From assembly GCA_964346275.1 (NCBI GenBank), contig CAYFUR010000002.1, positions 36,929-100,928 of the forward strand: a DNA stretch of 64,000 nt, in the 5' to 3' direction. Both the position numbers and the translations under genes were made by a program. The notes under the pieces were generated by a model. It saw nothing but the letters and a program-made list of their open reading frames with translations, searched no databases and was not told the DNA's origin. The stretch is from an uncultured Candidatus Sumerlaeota bacterium. Its GTDB lineage: Bacteria > Sumerlaeota > Sumerlaeia > SLMS01. Positions 18,246-25,990 of the stretch are shown here, one piece after another (position 1 is the first letter of the stretch; each line of letters begins with the position of its first letter).

Positions 18246-19052
18246 TCAGCTGCCGGGCTTGACGTTCGTGGATTCGAAAATCTTGTCGGCGCTGGCAGCC
18301 ACGAACCCCTGATAGAGTTCGCCGTCGGGCTTGCGGAAGCGCTCGGCGAATTCGTAATAGCAACTCCGGATGGTGTGCTTCTCGCCGCCGGCGAATTCCA
18401 TTTCGACTTCGTCGGCCATGGTCGAGCCCTGCTTCAGCAGCACGTCCTTGCTCCCCTTGATACGCCCCCCGCTGGTGTTCAGCTTAAAGCCTTGGGACTC
18501 AATGAAATCAGCCAGATCTTCGATGCTGTCGAGCGTTTTGAGTTCGTTCACGCTAATGGTGAAGTGATTGGCTCGCAGGCCCATGGCAGCGACCCAGGCT
18601 GCGTATTCGCTCTCTTCGAGCAATTCCTGGTACTTTTCATAGCTGACCGGTTCCCAGAGGCGTCCGGCCCACATCACATCGGGCTTTTCGACGCGGGCAG
18701 GGTCGATCTGGGCGCAGAGGCTCTGAACGGTTTTTTGCAGGCTCTCGCTGAATTCTTCCGTTTTCAGCTCGCTCAGGAAAACGCGGGGATGCCCCTCGGG
18801 ATGGATATATCCATAGGCGCGGAGCTTCTTTTCTTTAAAGTCGTAGGGCTCGTATCGCTGATAACCGACACCAAGAATGTGCTTTTCAAGGGATTCCAGG
18901 TTGATGGGAGCGATGTTATAGGTCCGGAAGGCGATATGATCGTTCTGGACGGTTTCGCCGCGGGCTTCCACGGCGTCGTGGAGTTTCTTGGCGAGCGGGG
19001 CGATGGTGGTGTAGTCATGCCACAGGTTTTTGAAGAACTCTTCGGGAGTCAT
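18246..19052 (-). CDS. hglS: DUF1338 family 2-oxoadipate dioxygenase/decarboxylase (HglS/YdcJ-like)
   Basis: NDHIAFRT, LRANHFTISVN and YYEFAERF give the His/His/Glu metal triad spacing of the DUF1338 VOC-like fold. 268 aa. Confidence 0.75.
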   Translation of the reverse strand: MTPEEFFKNLWHDYTTIAPLAKKLHDAVEARGETVQNDHIAFRTYNIAPINLESLEKHILGVGYQRYEPYDFKEKKLRAYGYIHPEGHPRVFLSELKTEEFSESLQKTVQSLCAQIDPARVEKPDVMWAGRLWEPVSYEKYQELLEESEYAAWVAAMGLRANHFTISVNELKTLDSIEDLADFIESQGFKLNTSGGRIKGSKDVLLKQGSTMADEVEMEFAGGEKHTIRSCYYEFAERFRKPDGELYQGFVAASADKIFESTNVKPGS

Positions 19053-19269
19053 TTTTTTGGTCCTTTCTGGGTTTCTGGGGTTGTATTAACCGGAATGAAC
19101 AACTTTCGCACCGCAAATCATGGGATTGAACACTTTCCGCATTGTTTCAGGCCAGTCAGAGAGAGAAGCAAATGAACCGGCCAAAAAGTAACCCGTGAAG
19201 TTCCGGCCCGCAAAGAATTTCCGCCCGGAACAAGCCCGGGCGGATCATTCAGGCTGAATCGGCGAAGGA

Positions 19270-20898
19270 TCAGTTTTCCATGTGGGGGAGCATTTCCGCC
19301 ATGAAGTCCTCTCCGGCGCCGCCGGCGACTTCCTCCACGTCCATCTGGGCAAGCTGGAGGCCGCCGGAATCGTCGATATTCACGCACTGCCATTTGGTGT
19401 AAGCATCGATGACCCAGATGCCGCTTTCCCGCGTGCCGTTGCCGGACCAGCCATTGCCACCGAAGGGAAGATGCGCTTCGGCGCCGCTGGTGGTGTTGTT
19501 GATCGAGGACATGCCGGCGGTGATTTCGCTTTTAAAGCGCGTACGGTAAACCGGGTTGTCTGTATAGATCGCGGAGGACAGGCCATAGGGGGTGCCATTG
19601 GCGGCTTCCATGGCCTCGTCGAAGTCCTTGACGCGGATGATGCTGAAGGTCGGGCCGAAGATTTCCGTCTGGGCCAGCTCGTCGGTGATCTTCACATTGT
19701 CGTAAAGCGTGGGGGTGACAAAGTAGCCCTTCTTGGGGTCGCCGATGAAATTCTTCGGCTTGTTGCGCGATGTGATGCGCTCGCCTTTGAGCAGGGCCTT
19801 CGCGGATTTCGATTTCTTCGCCATCTTGTGATGGTTCAGGTAGTTCGTCATGAACTTCTCGTTGATCATCGGGCCATAGCTGATGTCTTCGCTCAGGCTC
19901 GGGTCTCCAATGACCAGGTTGTCCTTCACGAAAGAGAGGAATTTCTTCACGAATTTATCCGCGATTTTCTTATGAAGAATGAGGTTTCCAAGTGACGTGC
20001 AGCGCTGGCCGCCAGTGCCGTAGCCGGAAAAGAAGGCGCCTTCCACGGCGGCGTTCAGATTGGCGTCCTCCATGACGATCATGGGGTTCTTGCCGCCAAG
20101 CTCCAGGCTGGGGACCTGGAGGTTGCGCCCCGCGATCTCGCCAACTTTGCGGCCGACTTTCGTGCTGCCGGTAAAGCTGATCTTATCGATCAAGCCCTTG
20201 TCGATTCCGTTGAGGATGGCCTCGCCGGTGGGATCGCCAGGGCCATGGAGGACGTTGAGAACTCCGGGGGGAAGACCGGCGGCTTCGAACAACCTGGCGA
20301 ATGCAAAGCCAATGACGGGGGTCATTTCGCTGGGCTTCCAGATCGCCGCATTTCCGCAGAGGATGGCGGGAATCAGTTTCCAGGAGGGCACGGCAACGGG
20401 GAAGTTGCAGGCCGTGATCATGGCGCAGACACCGATCGGCCGGCGGAAGGTCTCTAACTCTTTCATCCGCAGTTCACTCGGAACCGTCTGGCCGTATAGA
20501 CGGCGGCCTTCGCTTGCGAAGAAGGTTGCCGTATCAATCGCTTCCTGAACTTCGCCGCGGGACTCGAAAACCGGTTTGCCCATTTCACGGGAAAGAATGT
20601 GCGACAGCGTTTCTTTCTGTTCGCGCAAAAGCTGGCCAAGCTTATGAATCACTTCGCCGCGCACCGGCGCCGGCGTCGACCGCCATTGATAGAAGGCTTC
20701 CCGCGCGGCGGCACACGCCTGGTTGACCTCGCGCGGGCCGGCGACGGGAAAATCTCCGATCACATCCTCCAGATGGGAGGGGTTGAGCGACTTAAAGCGG
20801 TCCTTCGACTTCTCGCCGACCAGCTTGCCACCAATCAAGTGGCCACCGACCAAGGTTTTGCCATACCGGGCGCCTCCCGGATTTTCGTTCATTGCCAT
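19270..20898 (-). CDS. NAD(P)-dependent aldehyde dehydrogenase, candidate 2-aminoadipate-6-semialdehyde (piperideine-6-carboxylate) dehydrogenase
   Basis: ALDH motifs FTGSTKVGRKV, LELGGKNP (catalytic Glu), GQRCTS (catalytic Cys), EIFGP. The start is set at ATG 20898, with GAGGA 7 nt upstream. The ORF track opens at GTG 20919. Substrate is inferred only from the lat and hglS neighbours. Confidence 0.8.
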   Translation of the reverse strand: MAMNENPGGARYGKTLVGGHLIGGKLVGEKSKDRFKSLNPSHLEDVIGDFPVAGPREVNQACAAAREAFYQWRSTPAPVRGEVIHKLGQLLREQKETLSHILSREMGKPVFESRGEVQEAIDTATFFASEGRRLYGQTVPSELRMKELETFRRPIGVCAMITACNFPVAVPSWKLIPAILCGNAAIWKPSEMTPVIGFAFARLFEAAGLPPGVLNVLHGPGDPTGEAILNGIDKGLIDKISFTGSTKVGRKVGEIAGRNLQVPSLELGGKNPMIVMEDANLNAAVEGAFFSGYGTGGQRCTSLGNLILHKKIADKFVKKFLSFVKDNLVIGDPSLSEDISYGPMINEKFMTNYLNHHKMAKKSKSAKALLKGERITSRNKPKNFIGDPKKGYFVTPTLYDNVKITDELAQTEIFGPTFSIIRVKDFDEAMEAANGTPYGLSSAIYTDNPVYRTRFKSEITAGMSSINNTTSGAEAHLPFGGNGWSGNGTRESGIWVIDAYTKWQCVNIDDSGGLQLAQMDVEEVAGGAGEDFMAEMLPHMEN

Positions 20899-20938
20899 CA
20901 GCCTGTCCTCTCTTCTCACATTGGGGATTGGATCTGGA

Positions 20939-22285
20939 TTACAGAGTCCGCTCTCTGGGGATGTCGACCGCTTTCAAGGTCCGTTCGAGGATTTCCATGG
21001 CCTCGTCGATCTCGTCGTCGGCCACGTTCAGTGGCGGGCGGAAACGCAAGCTGGTTTCGCCACAGACGAGCCCCATGACGCCGTTCTCCATCAATTTATC
21101 GACCACATTGCTGCGGACACCGGGATGCAGCAAGTCGCAGGCAACGAAGAGCCCAAGCCCGCGGACATTGGTGATCACCTCGGTGCGCTCCTCGATGCCT
21201 TTCAGCATTTCAACCATCTTCTTGCCCTGTTTCCGGGCGTTTTCGAAGAGGTTTTCCTGCTCGACGATTTCGAGGATCTTCTTGGCCCGCACCATGTCGG
21301 GAAGGGAAGCGCCCCAGGTGGAGCTGATGCGGGAAGGAACATTGAAGACATTGTGTTCTTCCTCGAGCAATCGCGGCCCTGCCATGAAACCGCCGACCTG
21401 GGCCTTCTTGGCAAAGGCGAAGAGATCGGGCTCGACGCCGAGAGCCTGCCAGGCCCACGCCTCTCCGCACATGCCGCAGCCTGTCTGGACTTCGTCGAAA
21501 ATCAGAAGGATATCATTTTGATCGGCCACTTCGCGCAGGTAGCGGAGGAACTCCGGACGAAAGTGGTTGTCGCCGCCTTCGCCCTGAACCGGCTCGATGA
21601 TGATGGCCGCGATATCGTCCTTCCGCTCGCGAATCAGATGATCGATCTCATTCCGAGCGGCGCGTTCGTCTTCCAGCGTGTCCTCCAGGTTCTTGCCTTC
21701 GAGGGGGAACCGCATTTTGGGGTTCAGGACGCGGGGCCAATCAAACTTGGCGTAATACTTGGTTTTATTCGGATCGGTGGTGTTGGTCATCGTCAGCGTA
21801 TAGCCCGACCGGCCATGGAAGGCCTGGCGGAAGTGGATCACATGGTATCCGCGCTCGCCTTTGCCCTGGCGCATGTTCCGGCGCACCTTCCAGTCGAAAG
21901 CGGCTTTGAGAGTATTCTCCACAGCAAGGGCTCCGCCATCGATGAAGAAGAACTTTTCGAATCCTTCGGCGCCAAGGACGCGATGGAAAACCTCAAAGAA
22001 CTCGTACCATTCGTCGCTGACGTAATCGAGGTTCGCAATTTTGATTCGCGAGACTTTGAGCAACTCTTTCTCGAACGCCTCTTCCCTGAACCCGGGATGG
22101 CTGTATCCGAGGGGCAGCGATGAATAGTGGCAGGCGAAATCGATGATGTGCCTGCCTCTGCCCTTATCGAAAATGCGCGAGCCGCGGGATTTGTCGAAAT
22201 CAATAATCGGGGCGGCGGGATCCACCGGCGGCATATGCGCCGCGATGAGCTGATGCAGATTTTCGTGGGTTTTTATGGAAGACAA
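20939..22285 (-). CDS. lat: L-lysine 6-aminotransferase (class III PLP aminotransferase)
   Basis: IDFDKSRGSRIFD...IDFACHYSSLPLGYSHP, FFIDGGALAVENTLK, FHGRSGYTL, KFDWPRV, IIIEPVQGEGG, FDEVQTG, FAFAKKAQ (PLP Lys). This pattern is typical of LAT rather than GABA or ornithine aminotransferases. Confidence 0.75.
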   Translation of the reverse strand: MSSIKTHENLHQLIAAHMPPVDPAAPIIDFDKSRGSRIFDKGRGRHIIDFACHYSSLPLGYSHPGFREEAFEKELLKVSRIKIANLDYVSDEWYEFFEVFHRVLGAEGFEKFFFIDGGALAVENTLKAAFDWKVRRNMRQGKGERGYHVIHFRQAFHGRSGYTLTMTNTTDPNKTKYYAKFDWPRVLNPKMRFPLEGKNLEDTLEDERAARNEIDHLIRERKDDIAAIIIEPVQGEGGDNHFRPEFLRYLREVADQNDILLIFDEVQTGCGMCGEAWAWQALGVEPDLFAFAKKAQVGGFMAGPRLLEEEHNVFNVPSRISSTWGASLPDMVRAKKILEIVEQENLFENARKQGKKMVEMLKGIEERTEVITNVRGLGLFVACDLLHPGVRSNVVDKLMENGVMGLVCGETSLRFRPPLNVADDEIDEAMEILERTLKAVDIPRERTL

Positions 22286-22495
22286 TGGCGTTACCTCATA
22301 TACGGTGAAGTCTGGGAGATGAATCGTTGCTCCGAGCGCGCAATGTGTTGCATTTGAACCCGCGAAATGTCAAGCCATCGCTGGCATCGGGGCCCTGCCC
22401 ACAACGGCCACCTGGCGGGAAGGATGCTTAGCCTTGCGCCCGCCCGAGTTTCCAACAACGGTTTGCCGTCTGAAAGACTCCTGATGGACGAGGGT

Positions 22496-22906
22496 ATGAG
22501 AAGCACGCTTGCAGTTCTCTTGATCGCGCTGGCCCTGTTCGGCTGCGGCCGCCATGGGGCCAATTCGCCGGTTGCCTCGAAGAAAGACCATTCGGCCGCG
22601 CGACCCGCTATGGACCTCGCGCAGCTTGGGGAGCGCCTGGCGATCAGGGAATACCGGATTGAGGCCGCGGGCAATGCAACCACTCTGCGCGTCGTCCTGG
22701 AAAACCTCCAGGAGACGGACCCGCTTTCCTTCGGAGCGCGTGCATCGTTTCACGATTCAAGCAACACGGAAGTCGTAAAAACGGAATGGACGCGCATTGA
22801 CATAGCCGCGGGAGCCCGCCATCAATACCTTGCCAAAACGATTCACCCAGAAGCGGAATCGGCCCGGCTCGAGCTTCTTCCCGTCGAGGATTTGCCCCAG
22901 CAGTGA
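22496..22906 (+). CDS. Small lipoprotein of unknown function
   Basis: MRSTLAVLLIALALFGCG has a lipobox LFGC. The 136-aa mature part looks beta-rich. Its stop overlaps the GTG start of the next gene (GTGA). Confidence 0.6.
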   Translation: MRSTLAVLLIALALFGCGRHGANSPVASKKDHSAARPAMDLAQLGERLAIREYRIEAAGNATTLRVVLENLQETDPLSFGARASFHDSSNTEVVKTEWTRIDIAAGARHQYLAKTIHPEAESARLELLPVEDLPQQ

Positions 22907-23901
22907 CCTATTTTCTTCGTAAGCTTTTCATGAGTGCCCTCACCTTGTGGCTGGTGGCGACCATTTGCTTTACACTGACGAAGATGGCGGGAGAAGAAGC
23001 GATCTTCGGCGAGAAGAATCCCCCGCCGGAAATCCGTGCTCAAATTGAAAAAAAATATTACCTCGACCGGCCCGTGATGGAGCAGTATTACCTCCATCTC
23101 AGCAAGCTGCTGGTTCTCGATTCCCTGGAAAGCCGGTCGCAACGGAACAAGACTCTTCGCGACATGCTGGGAGACCACCTCCCCGCTTCGCTGCGCCTTG
23201 GTGCGAGAGCGTTGATGCTGGCGATCGTCTTTGGGGTTCCAATCGGGACGATTTGCGCCGTCTATCACAATCGCATCGCCGACAATACGGGAACCTTGCT
23301 GGCGCTGACTGGCGTTTCCGTTCCGAATTTTATTATCGCCAGCCTGCTGATTTTTCTTCTGTGCCGCGAGTGGGAGTTCTTCGGGGCAAGCATCGGCCCC
23401 ATGTCTGCCCTGAACTGGGGGCGGCCCACGACACCCGAGATGCTGTATCGAACGCCCGGATGGCTCCATGGAATCTGGGATGAAGTCTTTCGGCTGAGGC
23501 TTTGGATTCCCGCTGTGGCGCTAGGCGCCTTTCCCTTTGCGGCCATTCTGCGCCTGACACGGTCCTCGATGCTGGATGCGCTGAACCAGGATTACGTCCG
23601 GACGGCGCGGGCTAAGGGAGTGGCCGGATGGAAAGTGGTTTCGCATCATGCGCTGAGGAACGCGCTGACCCCCGTGGTGACTTATCTCGGCCCCATCACC
23701 GCCGCCCTGCTCACGGGATCGCTGGTTGTCGAGAAAGTCTTTGCAATCCCCGGACTGGGCAAATTCTTTGTGGATTCAGTCAATAATCGCGATTTGCCCA
23801 TCATTATGGGCCTGACGGTTTTCTACTCCGCGCTGTTGATTTCCATGAACCTTCTGGTGGATGCGATTTATCCGATCCTCAATCCCCGCCTGAAAAAATA
23901 A
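22903..23901 (+). CDS. OppB/DppB-type peptide ABC transporter permease (orphan)
   Basis: N-terminus YFLRKLFMSALTLWLVATICFTL, EAA region DYVRTARAKGVAGWKVVSHHALRNALTPVVTYLGP. No OppC, OppD, OppF or OppA gene is nearby. Confidence 0.8.
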   Translation: MTYFLRKLFMSALTLWLVATICFTLTKMAGEEAIFGEKNPPPEIRAQIEKKYYLDRPVMEQYYLHLSKLLVLDSLESRSQRNKTLRDMLGDHLPASLRLGARALMLAIVFGVPIGTICAVYHNRIADNTGTLLALTGVSVPNFIIASLLIFLLCREWEFFGASIGPMSALNWGRPTTPEMLYRTPGWLHGIWDEVFRLRLWIPAVALGAFPFAAILRLTRSSMLDALNQDYVRTARAKGVAGWKVVSHHALRNALTPVVTYLGPITAALLTGSLVVEKVFAIPGLGKFFVDSVNNRDLPIIMGLTVFYSALLISMNLLVDAIYPILNPRLKK

Positions 23902-23918
23902 CGGGAGGCTCAAGAGGA

Positions 23919-25862
23919 TTGCCTCGAATTCTCATCAAGCCCTGGATCGGCGCTCTCGGCCTTTTCCTTTTTCTCTTTGGAGCCTCGCTGTTCTTCTTCC
24001 GTGGTACGCTCGAGGTTTCGGACGAGCAATTCATGGCGCTGACCACGCAGACGATTGCCGAAGATCTGTCCCTCACCTTTGATCGCGAACTCTACGGCAA
24101 GCAGCACAGCAATTACGGCATTGGAACTTCTCTCACAGGCGCCCCTTTCTATCTGCTGGAGAAGTTGCTCGCATCGACGTTCATCATGGAGGATGTCGAG
24201 GCGACCCTGATCCCGCTGGCCAACACGGCGCTGCTGGGACTGATCGGCGTGCTTCTGGGTTCGCTCATGAGCGGACAAAGGCGGTGGGGATATCTGGCGC
24301 TCATTATTCTGGCCTCGCCACTTTTCTCGCTGTCGGTGCGATTTTACAGCGAGTTTCTCTCAACAGCGGGCCTTGCCGGGCTAGCCGCCGCTTTGTTCCA
24401 CGGAGTCGAGCCTGGCGGGGCGCGCCGGGAGAAGTTGCTGATCACGGGAGCCTTTCTCGCCGCCTTGGCGGCGATGCTGGCGCGGGTCGCGATGCTCCCT
24501 TTCCTGGGCATTGTGCTTTTCTGGGGATGGAGGCTGGGGGCGCGGAAACCGGTCATCGCGGCGGGTCTGACGGGAGTTGTCGCGGGAGTCGCGGAGACGC
24601 TGCTGCAGAACTGGACGCTTCGCGGATCGCTCTTTGCCACCGGTTACGAAGGACAAACTTTCACCACGCCGCTGCTGACCGGCCTGTATGGGCTGCTTGC
24701 CGCTCCCGAGCGCGGGATCTTGATTTTCTTTCCCGCGGCGGCCGTGGTTCTGGCCGGTTGGAAACACCTTGGCGGGCGGATGCGCGCCGTTTTGGCGCTG
24801 GCTTGTGGACTGACGCTTTTCTCCCTGGTTTTCCATGGCCGGTTCTGGACATGGCACGGCGGCTGGACGACGGGACCACGCTTTTTACTGCCGTCGCTGG
24901 CCTTCTTTATCCCACCGGTGACGGAGCTTTTCGCCAAGCGCCAGTCCGTGTCACCAGGGCTGCGCCTCGCGCTGATTCTCGCGTTGATCTGGAGCGCCCT
25001 CCTTTCGTTCATCTACGTGCGCTATTCCGCCTTTCTCTGGTGGAACCAGCTTTGGGGCTTCCATCAAATCGAGAATCAATGGCTCTTTTTTCCCCAGATG
25101 AGCCTCTGGCAGACGTGGTTCGATGGAGTGCCTCTTCCGACGGCCCAGCCCGATTTCCCGCTCAGCTTTCGAATGGTCGTGCTGGGGACCTCGCTGGCCC
25201 TTGTCGTCGTTTCCCTTTATCCTCTCATGCTGCCTTTCCGAGGGTTTCTGGGGACCGATCCGAAGCTGAGTTTTTTACAGAGGCTCGATCAGATCGACAA
25301 GATGTTCCTGGCCGGTTTGCTCATCCTGGCGGGGTTCTTCGGGATTCACCATTTGGCCGGCCCCCGCGGGTGGCAAGCCAGTGGCCTTGACGAACTGCCC
25401 CGGGGCGAGAAGAGCCATCTGCTTGTGGAAGAACCCGGCATCTATGAAGGATGGCTCGATTATCCCCTGCGCGGCACGCTGCGGCTGGCCTTCAAAGCGA
25501 ATGCACTTTACCAGATCTACTTCGACGAGCGGTTGATCGCCGAACAATTGGAACCGATGGGCCAGCATATCGACCGCCGTGAGATCGAGGTGACACCCGG
25601 TTACCACAAGATCCGTGTGCGGATTTTGCCGAGGAATCCGGAAACGCCACCGCTCTTTCAGATGTATTGGACCTGGGGCGGCGAGGGGCGCTATCTGGCG
25701 CCCGCTGGCGGAGAATATGTGCATCCGCAGCCGCTTTCTCCCTTCGAGCGATTCTTCACGCTCATCTGGAGGCGAAAGTTTCTTCTCCTGGCGCTGGCTC
25801 TGGCGCTGCTGTTGCTCTATCAATCCTTGCCGGCGCGTCCCTCAGGGGAAAGCGCCGCCTGA
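23919..25862 (+). CDS. Polytopic membrane protein, GT-C (ArnT/PMT-like) glycosyltransferase candidate, with C-terminal PA14-like domain and terminal TM helix
   Basis: More than 10 hydrophobic segments. The first loop has EVSDEQ (acidic DE-type motif). C-terminal YEGWLDYPLRGTLRLAFKANALYQIYFDERLI...GYHKIRVRIL...MYWTWGG resembles a PA14 beta-sandwich, followed by LLLALALALLLLY. Confidence 0.5.
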   Translation: MPRILIKPWIGALGLFLFLFGASLFFFRGTLEVSDEQFMALTTQTIAEDLSLTFDRELYGKQHSNYGIGTSLTGAPFYLLEKLLASTFIMEDVEATLIPLANTALLGLIGVLLGSLMSGQRRWGYLALIILASPLFSLSVRFYSEFLSTAGLAGLAAALFHGVEPGGARREKLLITGAFLAALAAMLARVAMLPFLGIVLFWGWRLGARKPVIAAGLTGVVAGVAETLLQNWTLRGSLFATGYEGQTFTTPLLTGLYGLLAAPERGILIFFPAAAVVLAGWKHLGGRMRAVLALACGLTLFSLVFHGRFWTWHGGWTTGPRFLLPSLAFFIPPVTELFAKRQSVSPGLRLALILALIWSALLSFIYVRYSAFLWWNQLWGFHQIENQWLFFPQMSLWQTWFDGVPLPTAQPDFPLSFRMVVLGTSLALVVVSLYPLMLPFRGFLGTDPKLSFLQRLDQIDKMFLAGLLILAGFFGIHHLAGPRGWQASGLDELPRGEKSHLLVEEPGIYEGWLDYPLRGTLRLAFKANALYQIYFDERLIAEQLEPMGQHIDRREIEVTPGYHKIRVRILPRNPETPPLFQMYWTWGGEGRYLAPAGGEYVHPQPLSPFERFFTLIWRRKFLLLALALALLLLYQSLPARPSGESAA

Positions 25863-25884
25863 TCGTAATTCTACTCTTTGTCGA

Positions 25885-25904
25885 CCGCAAAAATGCGGTT
25901 TTCC
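25885..25904 (+). terminator. Possible short intrinsic terminator
   Basis: ACCGCA-aaaa-TGCGGT followed by TTTCC. The stem and U-tract are both short. Confidence 0.4.
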
Positions 25905-25990
25905 AAAGAATGAATCGCAGCCCAATCCAAGGGCTCCCCTGTGAAGTCTGATCAGGTGTAAGCGCAAGAATTTCAGATTTGGAAGCGAAG

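Noticed and set aside
22382-22398. TGGCAT...CTGC motif that looks like a -24/-12 promoter.
   Set aside because: The GG-to-GC distance is two bases too long for sigma-54 recognition.
22413-22427. Sigma-54-like TGGCGGGAAGGATGC upstream of the lipoprotein/OppB operon. A second match, TGGTTCAAAACTCGC, lies at 39191-39205 upstream of the FHA-PilZ gene.
   Set aside because: The GG-N10-GC spacing is correct, but the -12 elements are imperfect (ATGC, TCGC). Matches of this quality are expected by chance in a few hundred bases of GC-rich DNA. They are kept only as hypotheses, not features.
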